From Scenedesmus sp. PABB004 (taxonomy: Eukaryota), in contig JABVCE010000031.1 in NCBI GenBank assembly GCA_014905635.1, positions 186,001 through 250,000 of the forward strand: 64,000 nucleotides of DNA. The letters run 5' to 3'. The position numbers and the translations under genes are program-made. Below, piece after piece: positions 33,108 to 45,779 of this stretch; the stretch's first letter is position 1, and each line of letters opens with the position of its first letter. The notes under the pieces are model-generated. The model saw only the letters and a list, made by a program, of their open reading frames with translations, was not told the DNA's origin and ran no database searches.

Positions 33108-33394
33108 CACTGACTCGTGCTGCTGCGGCGGGCGGCGGGCGCACGCTGGGCGCGCACAGGCAGCGGCGTGTGCCCGGAGGCGATGCGGGTTGCACGAAGC
33201 GGCGTGGCGGGACTGCGGCGAGTGCGCCGGCGCGACGACGCGGCGGCTTAAGGCACGGCCGCGCAGCGGCACCGCCGGCGCGGCGTGTGGCGCCACGCCG
33301 ATCGGCGCCCGGTGGCGCCACCAGACCCCCCCCCCCCCCGTTACTTGCGCGACGGCCGGGCGGCCCTTGCTGCTGGCCCGCACGCGCCGCCGCG

Positions 33395-35397
33395 ATGCGC
33401 GCGCCGCAGCTGCTGGCAGCGCTGCGGCGCGTGCCGGGGGCAGCCTGCTGCCAAGGCGTCGCTGGTGCGCCGCGCGGCGCCGCCGCCGTGCGCACAGCAG
33501 CGGCCCCGCGCCGTGCCACCTGCGTGCCGCCCACGCCCGCCCGGCGCGCGCTCGCAGGGCCGGCGGCGCCGCGGTGCTGCTGCCGCGCGCAGGCGCGCTG
33601 GGTCGCCGCGGCCGCCAGCTTTGCCTCCACAGCGCAGCCGCAGCAGCTGGTCACGCTGCGGCAGCCGCCGGGAGAGGACGGCGGCGGCGGCGGCGGCAGG
33701 CGCGGCAGCGCGTGGCTGCTGTGGGGCGGCGCCGCGGCGGCGGCCGCTGGCGCGGCGGCCGGCTGGGCGGCGTGGTCCGACGGCGGCGCGGCGCGGCGCA
33801 GCGCCGCCGCGCTGGAGCGGCGCGGCGCCCTCGGCGGCGCGCTGTCGACGTCGCCCGCCGCGCAGGCGGCGGTGGCGGTCTGCGCCGGGGGGCCGCTCGT
33901 TGCGCTGCTCGGCGGCGCCCCGCCCGGCGGCGCGGCGCTGGCGGCGCTGCCCGACGCGCTGGCGGCCGAGGCCGGCGCGCTCGCGCCCTGGGAGCTGGTC
34001 GACGCGCTGTGGGGGCTCGCGCTGCTCGGGGTGCCGCTGTCGCCGCGCGCGCTGGAGGCGCTCGCGGGCGCGGCGCTGGCGCAGCTGAGCTGTCTCAGCC
34101 TCTACCGGGCGATCGTCTCCGCCTGGGCGATCACCCTGCTGGCGGCGGCAGACAGCGGCGGCGGCGCCGCCGCCGCCGGCGCAGCGCGCCTCGCGGACGC
34201 CGCGTGGGCGGGCCTGCTCGCGCGGCTGGCGGGCGTGCGGGCCGAGGAGCTGGACGAGGCAGCGGTGCTGTACCTGCTGCACGCGGCGGCGCAGCGTGCC
34301 GCGGCGGCGCTGGGCGCCGCCCCGGCAGCCCAGCCGCGGCCCAGCCGGGGCGAGGTCCTCGCGCAGCTGCCCGGCGTGGATCGCAGGCTCGCCGCCGCGG
34401 TGTCGGCAGCGTACACGGTGCGCCTCCGCCGGCGCGCGGCGCCCGCCGCCTGCGGCCGGCCGTGCCGCCGCGCCACGGCACGCGCCGCCCGCGCCGCGCC
34501 GCAGGAGTACGTCCCATTTGCGCCGCACGTTGAGGGCGGCCTCATGCCGCTCCTGCACACAGCCAAGGCCCTGCAGGCGCACGTGGCAGCGGCCGCGGCG
34601 AGCGGTGGCGGCGGCGGCGGCGGAGGCCCCTACGTGCGGGCCTTTCGCGGCCTGAACCGCACCGACGCGGACGCCGCGGCAGCGCTGGTCTCGGACCGCG
34701 GCGGCACGCTGGGAAAGCTGCGGCGCAGCCTTTCCATCGGCTGGCGCAGCGGCGAGCTCCTGGACCGCCACCAGCGGCTCGTCAACCAGGCGGGTGCCGC
34801 GCGGGCCGGGCGCCGCGCGCGGCGGCCGCGCGGCCGCCGCGCGGCCGCCGAGCCGCGCCCGCGCCGGGCCCGCTGTGCGGCGCCGCAGGTGGCGTTCGTC
34901 CTGGGACGGCGGCTGTCGCTGCAGGTGGCGCAGCCGGCGGACGTCGACGTCCTGCTGCCGACGCTGCGCACCGCGCTGCTGCTGGTGGACGGTGCGCCCG
35001 CGCGCCGCGGCCGCAGCGCTGCAGTGCTCGCGCACTGCTGCCGGCGCTGACCGGCGCGCGCGCCGCAGACGGCCGCCCGCAGGCGCAGCCACAGCAGGCG
35101 CCCAGTGTCGACGCACAGCTGGACGCGTGCCACGGCGCGCTGCTGGCCCTCGTTCGCAGCCGCTTCGCCCCGCCGCCGGGGGGATTTGCCGCGAGGCTGG
35201 CGCCGGGCCTGGCGGCGGCCAAGGAGCGCAGCCTGGCGCAGCGCGGCTGGTGCGTGGTGCGGCTGGGGATGGGCGAGGTGGAAGCGTGCGCGGGTGCGCC
35301 ACGGCCGCCGCCGGGGCAGCGCCGCGGGAGCGCCGCGGCAGCGCTGCCGGACCGCGACGCGGCGCTGGCGGCGCTCCTGCGCGCGCGGCTCGCGTGA
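33395..35397 (+). CDS. Putative organelle-targeted helical-repeat protein with a C-terminal RAP-like domain
   Basis: Arg/Ala-rich presequence MRAPQLLAALRR; helical repeats (ELVDALWGLALLG, AIVSAWAITLL); C-terminus VDVLLP..LLLVD|DG..AKERSLAQRGWCVVRL, similar to the RAP signature. Confidence 0.6.
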
Positions 35398-35481
35398 CGG
35401 CGCTGGCGTGGCGTGGGCGCGGCGCCGCTTCGAACCGATTACGCCCAGGTGCACCGCATGCTCGTGCTCGCCGCCCGCGCG

Positions 35482-37847
35482 TCATGCACCGCCGTCGTGA
35501 CCCGCCACCACCACCGCAACGCCCATGCTCGCGAGCTCGGCCGCCTCCTCGCTGCTCAGCGCCGCGCATGCGCGCTGCACTGCCCACGTCCACGGCGGCA
35601 GGCCGTCGCTCGCCGCGCCGCCCGGGCGGCTCAGCACGCAGAGCGGGTCTGGGCAGAACAGGCGCACCTGGCCGTGCACGCTATCGATGCAGCCCGCCGC
35701 AATGCTGCCCGCGCGCAACACGGTGCTGCACTGAAAAAGTTCGTAGTCGCCGCTCACCGTCTGCATCTGCACTGTGCCCTCGCGCGCTGCGCACGCGACC
35801 GGCGCCGCCAGCCGCACCAGCTGCCAGCTGCGGCGGGTGGGCGCGGGCGGCGGCGTGAGGCGGGCCGCGGCGGCGCAGGCGCTGTGGACAGCACGCCGCG
35901 CGCGCAGCACAGCGCAGCCGCTCACCAGCCCCGCGCCATGCACTGCCCGTCCTGCACGTGTGCCAGGCCCTCGACCAGCTTGCCGTCAGCCAGCGGCAGC
36001 GACGTGTCGGTGGCGGCGTCGGCGGCAGGCAGGCGCGCGCGGCTGCCGCTGCCTGCTGCAGCCGCCGGGGCCGGCGCGCGCGCGCCGGCGTGCTGCTGCT
36101 GCAGCTGCTGCTGCAGCGCCGCCAGCTCCTCCAGCTGCTTTGCGCGCTTGGCCACGCCGCCGCGCGCCACCAGGGCGACCGAACAAGACGCGGCCTCGCT
36201 CAAGCTGCTCCGCGCGCTGTCGGGCCCGCTGCCGCCCCGGCTGTCGGGCCTGCTGCTGGCCCGGCTGCTGGCCCGGCTGCTGGCCCTGCTGTGGGCCGCC
36301 GGTGTGGCACAGCGGCTGCTTCCGCCGCTACCCGGCGGCTCCGCCGACCACGCCCTGCTGCCTCTGCTGCTGCTCCTGCTGCCGCCGGCGGCAAAGGGCG
36401 AGGCGGGTGTGGCAATGCCGTCCAAGCTCCACGGCGGCCTGCTGCGCGGCGGCTTGGCGGCGGGCGTCGCCTCGAGGCCGCCAGGCTGCGTTGTGCGCGG
36501 CGGCGTGGGCGCGTCGGCAGCCTCTGCTGCCTCGTCCGCCTCCGCCGCCGCTGCGGCAGCCTCCGCCGCCTCAGCTGCAGCGGCCAGGGCGGCAGCGCGC
36601 TTAGCCCGAGCAGTCACCATGCCGGCCACGCGCGGCAGCGGGAGCTCGCGCGGCCTGCTGCCACCAGCGCTGCGGCCGTCGCCACCGCTGCCGCTGCTCG
36701 TGTTGCTGCTGCCGCCAGCTGGCTGCCCGCCGGGGTCGTCGCTTGGCTTGCTGCCTGCCCCCGGGGTTTCCGCGCCGTCACCGCCTGGCGCCGGCGCGTC
36801 CGCGGGCTGCGCTGGCTCAGCTGCTGTGGCAGTGCCGCCCCCGAGCGCCGGCCGCGCCGGGCGCTTGCGCTGCGCCCCCGCGGCCTGGGCGCTGGCGCCT
36901 GCCGCCGCCGCTGGCTTGCCCGCCGCGGCGCTGCTGCCGCCCCCACTGCCGCCTGCGCGACGGGGGGCGCCGCCTGGCCCCAGCGTGGCGATGCGTGGCA
37001 GCGGCCTTGGCCGCTGCGCCGCGGCAGGCGGCCGCTGCACCCGCCCCCGCGCCGGCGGCCTGGCGCCGCCCTTTGCGGGGCGGCTCGCACCGGCAGCCCC
37101 TTCCACTGCCGCTGCTGCGCCCGCGTCCGCCGAGCTGGCCTGCTGGTCCGGCGGCGCCGTTGGCTGTTGCGGCGGCGGCGGCAGCAGCTGCGGCTGCACC
37201 AGCTCGAGCGGTGCTGGCTGCGTCGCCTGCGCCGGCTCCAGCGGCTGCGCCAGCTCTGGCGGCCCCGGCAGCTCCAGCGGCTGCGCTAGCTCTGGCGGCC
37301 CCGGCAGCTCCAGCGGCTGCGCCAGCTCGGGCGGCCCTGGCGGCTCCGGCGGCTCCAGCGGCTGCGGCTCTGGCGGCTCCGCCTGCTCCGCCGCCTCTGG
37401 CGGCGCCGCCGACTGCCGCTCCGCCTCCTCGAACGGCTGCGCCGGCTCAAGCTGCACCGCCTCGAGGGCCGGCCGCTGTGACGCGCCATTGCTGGCAGCG
37501 TCGCCCCCAACCGCCGGCTGGCGGCGGCCCAGGCAGGCCCCGAGCCTGCCGCGAGCCTGCTTCGCCTGCGCCCACGCCGAGCTCGCGCGCGCCGCAGCGA
37601 GCCTCAGCACGGCCCTGGCGGCGTCGGCAGCGGCGCCAGCGCAGGGCGCTGTGACCGCAGCGCTGCCGGCCGTCGGCTCGGCGTCGGCGCCGCCCTCAAA
37701 CGCCAGGGACAGGTGCAGCGTGGCGGCGGTCAGCGACGCGGCGCGCGACACGGCGGCGCTGCTGCCGTACGTGGCATCGCGCGGCGTCGAGAGCTCGGAG
37801 CCCTCTGCGCCCAGGCCAGGCGCGGTTGGGCTGTCGACCTCGCCCAT
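35482..37847 (-). CDS. Hypothetical protein: Pro/Glu/Ala-rich body with tandem ELAQPLELPGPP repeats and a small Cys-containing C-terminal domain
   Basis: Large exon 37847-35926, intron to about 35822, last exon WQLVRL..YELFQCSTVL..RLFCPDPLCVL..stop 35482. The true start may lie in an upstream exon. Confidence 0.55.
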
Positions 37848-38148
37848 GCATGCCAGCGGGCGGAGCTGGCTGGGGCGTGCTGCACCCCCCCGGCTGTCGG
37901 CGTTCGAAAAACAATGGCGCCTGGCGCTGTCCGCCTGGCCACCGCTGGCGCTGTACCGGCGGCCCTGTGTGCGCCCAAGGCGCCCGGCAGCGACAGCACT
38001 TAGTGCCAGCCGCGCCGGCGGTCTCGTGGTTCAGCGCGGGCGGCGGGCTGGCCGGGGGCGGCGCAGTGCCGCTGCTGGCGGGGGGCCCCGGCAGGCGCTA
38101 CAACAGCGCTGTGGCGCAGGCGAAGCAGCATCTGGCCGGGAAAAGGCA

Positions 38149-38188
<40 letters not shown>

Positions 38189-38804
38189 GCGCCGCGCTGG
38201 GTCGCGCGCGAGCGGCGGCCGCGGTCGCAGCTTCAGCCGCCGGCCGGCTGGACGGCGCTGCCCAGCGCGGCGCCCTGACTGGACGGAGCGCGCTGGATTG
38301 AACCGCTGGCCCAGTGGCCGGGGCGGTGGCCGCTGCCGCGCGCCCGGCGCGGCCGGTCTAATCGCCCAGGGCACTAGACTCAATGGTGACGCACCCCCTC
38401 GGCTCTCAAAAGCCCGCAAGACTGCTAACGCAAGCAAGTAGTGAGCCATTCCAGTGGGCGGCAGGGCCGCGGGAGGGGCGTGGGCGGCGCGGCTGGAGGG
38501 CTTGAAGTGACATGGTTCCGCTCGTGCTGCCGCGCCGCGCGCCTGGTGCCCGCCCTGACGCCCCCGCCCGCACAGACGCTCCCGGGCGCCCTGGCACCAC
38601 ATAGACGTCCGCGCCCGGCGCAGGCGGCCCCAGCGCGCGCGCCCCGGCTGGGAGCAGCAGCCCGCCGCGCGAGTGCCGAACGCGCCAGGCCGCCGCGATC
38701 ACCGGCTCCGCGGTGCACGTGACGGGAAACGTCGCGCAGATCGTCGCGCGCGGCGCGCCCGCGGCCCCGGCGCCCGCCCGAGCTCCCCGCGCGGGCTGAC
38801 CGCC

Positions 38805-41430
38805 ATGAGCAGCTCGGACGACGGCTGCAACTCGGCAGCGGCGTGTTCCGACACGCGCAAGGGAGCCTGGACCGCCAAGGTGGGGCGCTCGGACCGCGGT
38901 GCGGCGCCCGTCGCCGCGGCGCGCCGCGTGAAATCCCGCGCCGCGCCGCGCCGCGCGGTCGCCCGGTCGCAGGAGGACCAGGCGCTCAGCCAGCGCGTGG
39001 CCAAGTATGGTACCAAGAGCTGGACCACCATCGCGGCCGGCGTGGAGGGGCGGAGCGCCAAGAGCTGCCGCCTGCGGTGCGCGCCCGCCCGCGCCGCGGG
39101 CGCCGCGCCCGGCAGCCCGCCCGCGAGCCCGGGCGCCCTTTCCGGCCTTCCCGCGCCCAACGCGACGCCGCGGCGCGCCGCGCAGGTGGTATAACCAGCT
39201 CTGCCCCGGCGTCAAGCGCACGCCGTTCAGCGAGTGGGAGCAGGCCGTGATCATCAAGGTGCGGCCCCGACGGGCTCCGCGCGACCCCGGGCAGCGCGGT
39301 CGGAGCGCGACGGGCGCCGGCGGGGCCCGGCGCCGCACGTCACCGGGCACCGCTCACGAGCGCTGCTGACGGGCGCTGCTTACGCGCGCCGCCCCGCGCC
39401 GCCGCGCCGCCGCCGCAGGCCCAGACCGTGCACACCAACAAGTGGGCGGCCCTGGCCAAGCTCCTGAAGGGCCGCACCGACAACGCGATCAAGAACCACT
39501 GGAACGCCACGCTCTCGCGCAAGCTCAACAACCCGGCCGAGGTCTTTGTCAACCAGTTCATCGACAGCGGCGCGACGCTCGAGTGGCTCCTGCAGCACCC
39601 CGAGCTCGACACCAGCAACGACATCGAGGAGGCGCTCGCCGTCGGCCGCGGCAAGGTGCGGGCCGGGGCACGCGCGCGGCGCGGCGCGGCGCGGCGCGGC
39701 GCGGCCCCGCCGGCGGCCCCGCCGCGCGCGCGGCGCGGCGCCACGCGGCTCCCCGCGGCTCCGCTCACCGCCCCGCTCGCCGCCGCGCCGCGCAGGCGCT
39801 GGGCGTGCTCGGCAAGGCCATCCGCAAGAAGAAGCACCGCGTGCCCAGCAGCCCGAGCTACAGCTTCAGCCCCAGCCCGCCGCCGCAGCGCGCCAAGCCC
39901 AGCAGCGCCGAGCGCGCCGCAGCGGCGGCGGCGGCCGCGGCCGCGGCCGAGGGCTGCTGCGCCGAGTCGGGCGTGTCGGGCGGCTCCAGCGCGACCGCGG
40001 CCAAGCGGCGCGGCGGCGCCGCGTACCAGCAGCACGCGCCGCCGCTGCAGCAGCAGCAGCACTTGCGCGGCGCGCTCGCGCAGGCGGGCGGCTGCAGCCC
40101 CTGCAGCCAGACCGCGCCCGGCGAGTCGCCGGCGGTGCGGCGCTGCCAGGTCGACACGTGGTCGGCGCCGTACGGCCTGGAGTGCAGCGCCACCAACGCG
40201 AGCTACGTGAGCTGCCAGGACACCGCGCACCACGGCCTGCCCTGGGCGCCGCCGCCGGGCCAGGCGCCCAGCGGCGACGCGTTCAGCAGCGGCGCGGAGC
40301 AGTACGGCCTGGGCGGCATGACCAGCCACCCCTCCGACTGCAGCCTGCACGCGATGGGCGCGATGGCGGCGCGCTGCGGCGGCGACGCGCCGCTCGGCGG
40401 GGGCGCGCTCGGCGCCAAGCACGAGCCGCTGAGCAGCAGCCCGTTTGAGGCGTGCGCGGGCAGCGCGCGCGAGAGCCCCGTCAAGGCGGAGCAGCAGGCG
40501 CAGCACAGCAGCAGCAGCATGAGCAGCGGCAGCCCCATGGGCGCCGGCCTCGGCGCCGAGCGCTGCCACAGCAGCAGCGAGCCGGCCGCCGGCGGGCCGG
40601 CCGGCCTGGGCAGCTGGGGCGGCTGCGCGTGGCCGGGCCTGCCCGCGGGCCTGTCGGGCCTGCCGCCGAGCGACTGCCTCGGCCCGCTCGGCATGCGGCC
40701 GCTCGCGGGGCAGGGCAAGCTGCTCAGCCCCGCCGCGTACGACATGATGATGGCCGGCGTGTCCAGCCGCAGCGGCGTGGAGGTGCAGCTCTGCGGCGGC
40801 GACGCCGCGGCGCTGCAGGCGCACCGCTCGGTGCCGCAGCCGCCCGGCGCCGCGCTCGCGGCGGCCAACTGCCTCATGAGCGCGCGCGGCCCGCCTGGCG
40901 GCCTGGGGCGCAGCCACAGCTACGCGCCGGGCGCGGGCTTTGGCGCGGCGGGCTGCTTCGGCGGCGGCCACGCGCAGAGCTACGGCGGCGGCCTGATCCC
41001 GCACCCGAGCGCGCACGCGGAGCTGGCGCCCGTGGGGCGCTGCCACAGCACGCCCATGCCGGCCGGCGGCGCGCCCTGGCAGCTGTCGCACGGCGGCGCG
41101 GCGCCGGGCCTGGACCCGCTGTGCGGCCTGCCCGCGTCGCTGCTGGCCGCGGCGCCTGCCACGGTGCTGCTGCAACAGGCCGCCGCCGCGAGCGCGCTCG
41201 AGCCGGAGCTGCCGGCGGGGCTGCTCAAGGACCCGCAGGCGCGCGGCCGCCTCGCGCCGCCGCTGCCGCCGCCGCGCCTGCCGGCGGCGAGCCCGCCGCT
41301 CGGCGGCTGGGACGCCGTCGCGGAGGAGCTGCGCGGCGGCGGTGGCGGCTTTGGCGACGGCCTGTCGTGGGACACGTTTGAGCTCCCCGACCTGCAGGGC
41401 CACGAGGTCGAGGAGCTGCTCATGCTCTGA
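38805..41430 (+). CDS. R2R3-MYB transcription factor
   Basis: [76 protein letters not shown]; acidic C-terminal tail. Confidence 0.95.
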
Positions 41431-43033
41431 GCGACGGGCCGCGCGCCGCCCAACGCACGAGCCGCGTCGGCGCGGCGCCCACACGCACGCGGGCGCACGC
41501 CGCGCGCACGGCCGCCGCCGGCCCGAATAAACCAAACAGAACGAACGCACTCTGTGGCAAACAACCTCCTGTGGCGGCGGGGCTGGGATGCGGCCGAGTC
41601 GTCCGCAACGCTCGGCATACGAGCAGGTGACGGTGCCGAGCGCTGCAGCTGCCACCCCAGCGCGCTAGAGGTGCGCGAGCTCGTGCGCAACGTTTGCGTA
41701 TGGTGCTGGTGAGGGTGCGTGGGGAGGGTAGCCAGGGCGGGGGCGGCGGCGCCGCCTGTGGGCGGCGCCCCGCGCGGACGACGAGGCGCTGTGCTGCCCA
41801 TGCTGGCGCGGCGCTGCGGCAGGGCAAGGGTCGGCAGGCCCTGCCGCAGCGCCGCGCCGCGCGCTTTGCCTGTGCGCTGCTTGCTTGCGTGCGCGCAGGC
41901 CCTCGCCGCCGCGCTCGGCCGACGCCGATGATCGCGGGCCGGCGCGGCGGCGCGTCGACGACGTAGGCAGGCCTGCGCGCGGTCGGCGGTGCACTGCATG
42001 TATTACTGCCGGCGGCGGCTCGCAGCCCGCGCCTCGCAGCATTTCAGCCGTCTGTGTGGCTGCAGTGGCTGCGGCGGCGGGGACCGCCGCGCGCACGCGT
42101 ATGCGGCTTGCGCAGCCCGGGTTGCGCCGGGCTGCAAAAGAAATGCGAGCATCCCGTGTTGAGTAGGAGCGCGCGCCTCCACAGGTGTGTGTCAGCACAT
42201 ACCAGGTGGTGCCGCAGCTTGAGGGGCGCTCAGCAACCTCGTGTGCCTGAGCAGACGCCCCCCGCGCAGCCGCACTGTGTGCGGCTGCCCGCCCTCGGTC
42301 GGCCGGCCGCTCAACTTGCATTCAGCATGCCTTCCTCCTTTGACAGTGCGGCTCGCGCCCGTTTGCGCGCCGCCCCCGGGGGCGGCAAGTGTGTGCGTTG
42401 TCTTCTGATGTGGCCCCGTCCGTCCGACTGGTTGGAAAAGCAAACAACAACGAATGACCCTCATTTAGGCACACAACAACGCATGCGGCTGCCTCCTGAA
42501 CTCGCGGGCGGCGCGCCGCCCACGGCCCCGCGGCGGCGGTGCCTGCGCCCGCGCGCGTGCGTGCGGCCGGTGCGGCGCGTGCTTGGACAGCGGCCGTCAG
42601 ACGACGGCGCGCAGAGGGACGGCGGGCGCCCGTCATTGGCGCCTGTGATCATCGTCGTCGTTGCGCGCGGCACGCACGCGCGCAGCGGCGGCAGCAGGCA
42701 CAAGTCGCTCGGTCAACCCTGCCAATGGCCATCACACTACAGCGCATCCACAGATGTGCCTACAAGCGATGCGCCATGCGTGTGGATGTGGATGGACGCG
42801 TGGATGTGTCGCGTTGCAGGAAGCTGCGACGACGGGGGCGGCTCGAGCCCGCACAAATGCAGACTCCGCAACGCACGCACACACGCACGCACGCCGCTCC
42901 CCGCAACCTTGGCGCACTGACGCAATGACTGACGGGCCTGTGCCCTCTGCTGCCTGTGCGGACAGAGCGCGCGCTGCATCTGTGCCCCTGCAGCGGCCCT
43001 GGCCTGGCAGGCAGCGCGAGCCTCGTGAGCGCG

Positions 43034-43035
<2 letters not shown>

Positions 43036-43094
<59 letters not shown>
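43036..43094. repeat. (GT)n microsatellite, about 29 units
   Basis: Directly visible. Confidence 0.95.
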
Positions 43095-43097
<3 letters not shown>

Positions 43098-43453
43098 ACG
43101 ACGGCGGCGGCTGCTTTCACGCAGAGGTGCTTCTGCGGTCGCGCCACGCGGCAGAGGCCGCGCTTGGACCGTGCTGCTCACGGGACCGGTGTCGGGAAAA
43201 GCAAACTCGCCCTTCCATTGCTTCCTTCTCCTTCTTGCACTGCCGCTGGTGTTAGCACGTTGCTGCTGCGCTGCACGCATGGCTTGGCCACGGCCTCGGC
43301 TGGGCTGCAGGCGCCCCGGCGGCGGCGGTAACTCCCAACGCCCTTGCCTCCAGCGCGCGCGTTACACGCCAGGCGCGCGACCGCCGCAGCTCAATGCAGC
43401 CCCAAAACTGCCGCCGGCAGCCGCGCGCCCTGCGCTGCGCGCCGCGCGCGCGC

Positions 43454-43784
43454 CTACTGCGGCGCCGCGGCCGCGGCCGCGCCCGCCGGGAAGAGCGCCT
43501 CCGCAAACGTCGCGGCGTCAAAGGGCTGCAGGTCCTCCGGCGCCTCGCCGACGCCGATGAACTTGACGGGCAGGCGCAGCTGGTCGACGACGCTCACGAC
43601 CGCGCCGCCGCGCGCGGTGCCGTCGAGCTTGGTCAAGATGAGCCCCGTCAGCGGCACCGCGTCGTTGAACTCGCGCGCCTGGTTGAGCATGTTGAGCCCT
43701 GCGCGCCGCCAGGCGAGGCGGCGGCGGCGGCGGGGGCGGCGGCGTGTCAGCGGCGGCGGCGCGTCGGGTGGCGGCGGCGGCAGC

Positions 43785-43824
<40 letters not shown>

Positions 43825-45460
43825 GCAGTGGCACGGCCAGCGGCGGCGGGCGCGCGAGCGCGGGCGGCGGCGCGCGCGCGCACCCGTGGTGCCGTCGAGC
43901 ACCAGCAGCGTCTCGCAGGGCTGCCCTGGCAGCACGTTTGCGATCGCCTTGCGCGCGGTGGTGAGCTCCTCCATGAGCGCGTAGGCGGTGTGCAGGCGGC
44001 CCGCGGTGTCAGCGATGACGACGTCGATGTCCTTGGCCTGCTTCGCGTCGTTGCACGCCGACGCGAGCACGCCGCCGGGGCGCGCGCCCTCCTTGAACGC
44101 GCCCATGCGCGCGCCGGAGCGCGCCGCCCACGCGGAGAGCTGCTCCGCGGCGGCCGCACGGAAGGTGTCGCCGGGCGCGAGCAGCACCTGCGCGGACGGG
44201 GCCGGCGTCGGCGGCGTCGGCGGCGGGCGCGGCGTGGCGCGGGCGGACTGCAGCGGGCGCGGCGCGCCGCGGCGCCGCGCGGCAGCGCCCGCCGCGCGCG
44301 CCGCCGCACCCGCGCGCCCTCCTTGCTGAGCCGGTGCGCGAGCTTGCCGATTGTCGTCGTCTTGCCCGCGCCGTTGACGCCAACGATCAGCAGCACCGCG
44401 GGCGCGCCCGACAGCTGCAGCTCGCTCGACGCGCCGCCCGCCGACGTCGCCGCGTCGAGCAGCGCGACGATCTGGGCCTTGAGCGCCGCGCGCACGTCGT
44501 CCGCGGTCTTCACGCTGCCCGCCTTGAGCTGCTCGCGCAGCCCGTCCACGATCGCCAGCGCCGTCTTGGGACCAAAGTCGGCGGTCTGCGCGGCGGCGGC
44601 GCGGCGCGGCGGGCGCCGGCGCGGCGGGCGTGCGTCGGCGGCGCTCGGGCGCCGCGCACGCCGGCGGGCGGGCGCCGGCTGCCCCGCGCCCGCCGGCCCC
44701 GCCCCGGCCGGGCCGGGCGGCGCGCCGCCGGCGCCGCCGCGCGCCCCGGCCGTCCCTTTCCTTTCCCTCTCTCCCTCTCCCCCCTGCCCGCCCCTCCTGC
44801 TCCTTCCCAGCCCGCGCCGCCCCCGCCCGCCCCGCCTGCCGCTCCCTCCCCCGCCCCGCCGCACAATGAGCGCCTCCTCAAGCTCCTCCAGCGTGTCCTC
44901 ATAGTCTTCGAGGCTCCAGAACGTCAGCAGCTCCTCGACCAGCTGCGCGCGCGGGCGGGCGGGCGCGGGGCTTCGGCGCGCGGGCCGCCGCCGCCGCGCG
45001 GGACGGGGCCGGGGCCGCGCCGCCAGCGCTGGGCGCGCGCAGGGGCGGCGCCGCGGCGGCGGCGGCGCTCACGCCGAGGCGCTCGCGCGTCTTGCTCGTG
45101 CCCGCGAAGAAGCGCTCATAGTCGCCGGCCGCCTTCTCGCGCAGCACGCGGCCCAGCTTGGCCAGCATGCCGGGCGCCTCCGCCTGCTGCTGCGCGGCGC
45201 GCGCGGCGGCGGTGCGCGGCGCGCGGGCGGCGGCAGCGGCTGCGTCGCTGCTGGGGCGCGCGCCGGCGCCGGCGCGGGGCGCCGCCGATGCCGCGCCGCC
45301 GGCAGCGGCGCCATGGGCGTCCGCCCGGCACGACGCGCCCGAGCCGCACCTGCGCGCGGCAGCGCGGCGCCCGGGATCTGCTCGCCCGCGCGGGGCACGG
45401 CCCGCAGGCGCGCCGCGGCGCCGCGGCTGCCCGCGGCGCCCGGGTCTGTGAGTGGAGCAT
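43454..45460 (-). CDS. FTSY: Chloroplast SRP receptor cpFtsY
   Basis: Transit-like MLHSQTRAPR..RCRAQ|QQAE; RFFAGTSKTRERL; LEELEEALI|TADFGP; GVNGAGKTTTIGKLA; DTFRAAAAEQL; DTAGRLHT; VLDGTTG|LN; TKLDGTARGG; FIGVGE..DLQPFD. Confidence 0.96.
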
Positions 45461-45779
45461 GGCGTGCGCGACCCGGGGCGATGCAATTGGCGGTCGCTGG
45501 GGGCCGGGCCGAGCAGCTGGCGTGCGGCGGGCGCGGCAGCAGCAGCAGCGGCGTCTTGAGCTCTCGTCCGTTTTCGTGCGGCGTCAACGTTCGGTCGCGG
45601 TCAGAGCGAGGGCGCGACCTGCTTGTGCCGCGCGGGGCTTCGCGCCCGGTCTCGACCGCCGCTCTTCGCCTGCTCAGTCTCCCGCCGGCACGGCCGACGT
45701 ATCACGCCCCGCCACCGCTCGACGCGCACGGCCGCCCGCCGCCACGAGCCGCCGCCCGCCGCTGCTCGCGCGCGCCACG

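Noticed and set aside
41431..43453. Lower-GC 2-kb interval with short ORFs, possible ncRNA or transposon
   Set aside because: No protein motifs, terminal repeats or recognisable RNA gene. Consistent with convergent 3' UTRs and intergenic DNA.
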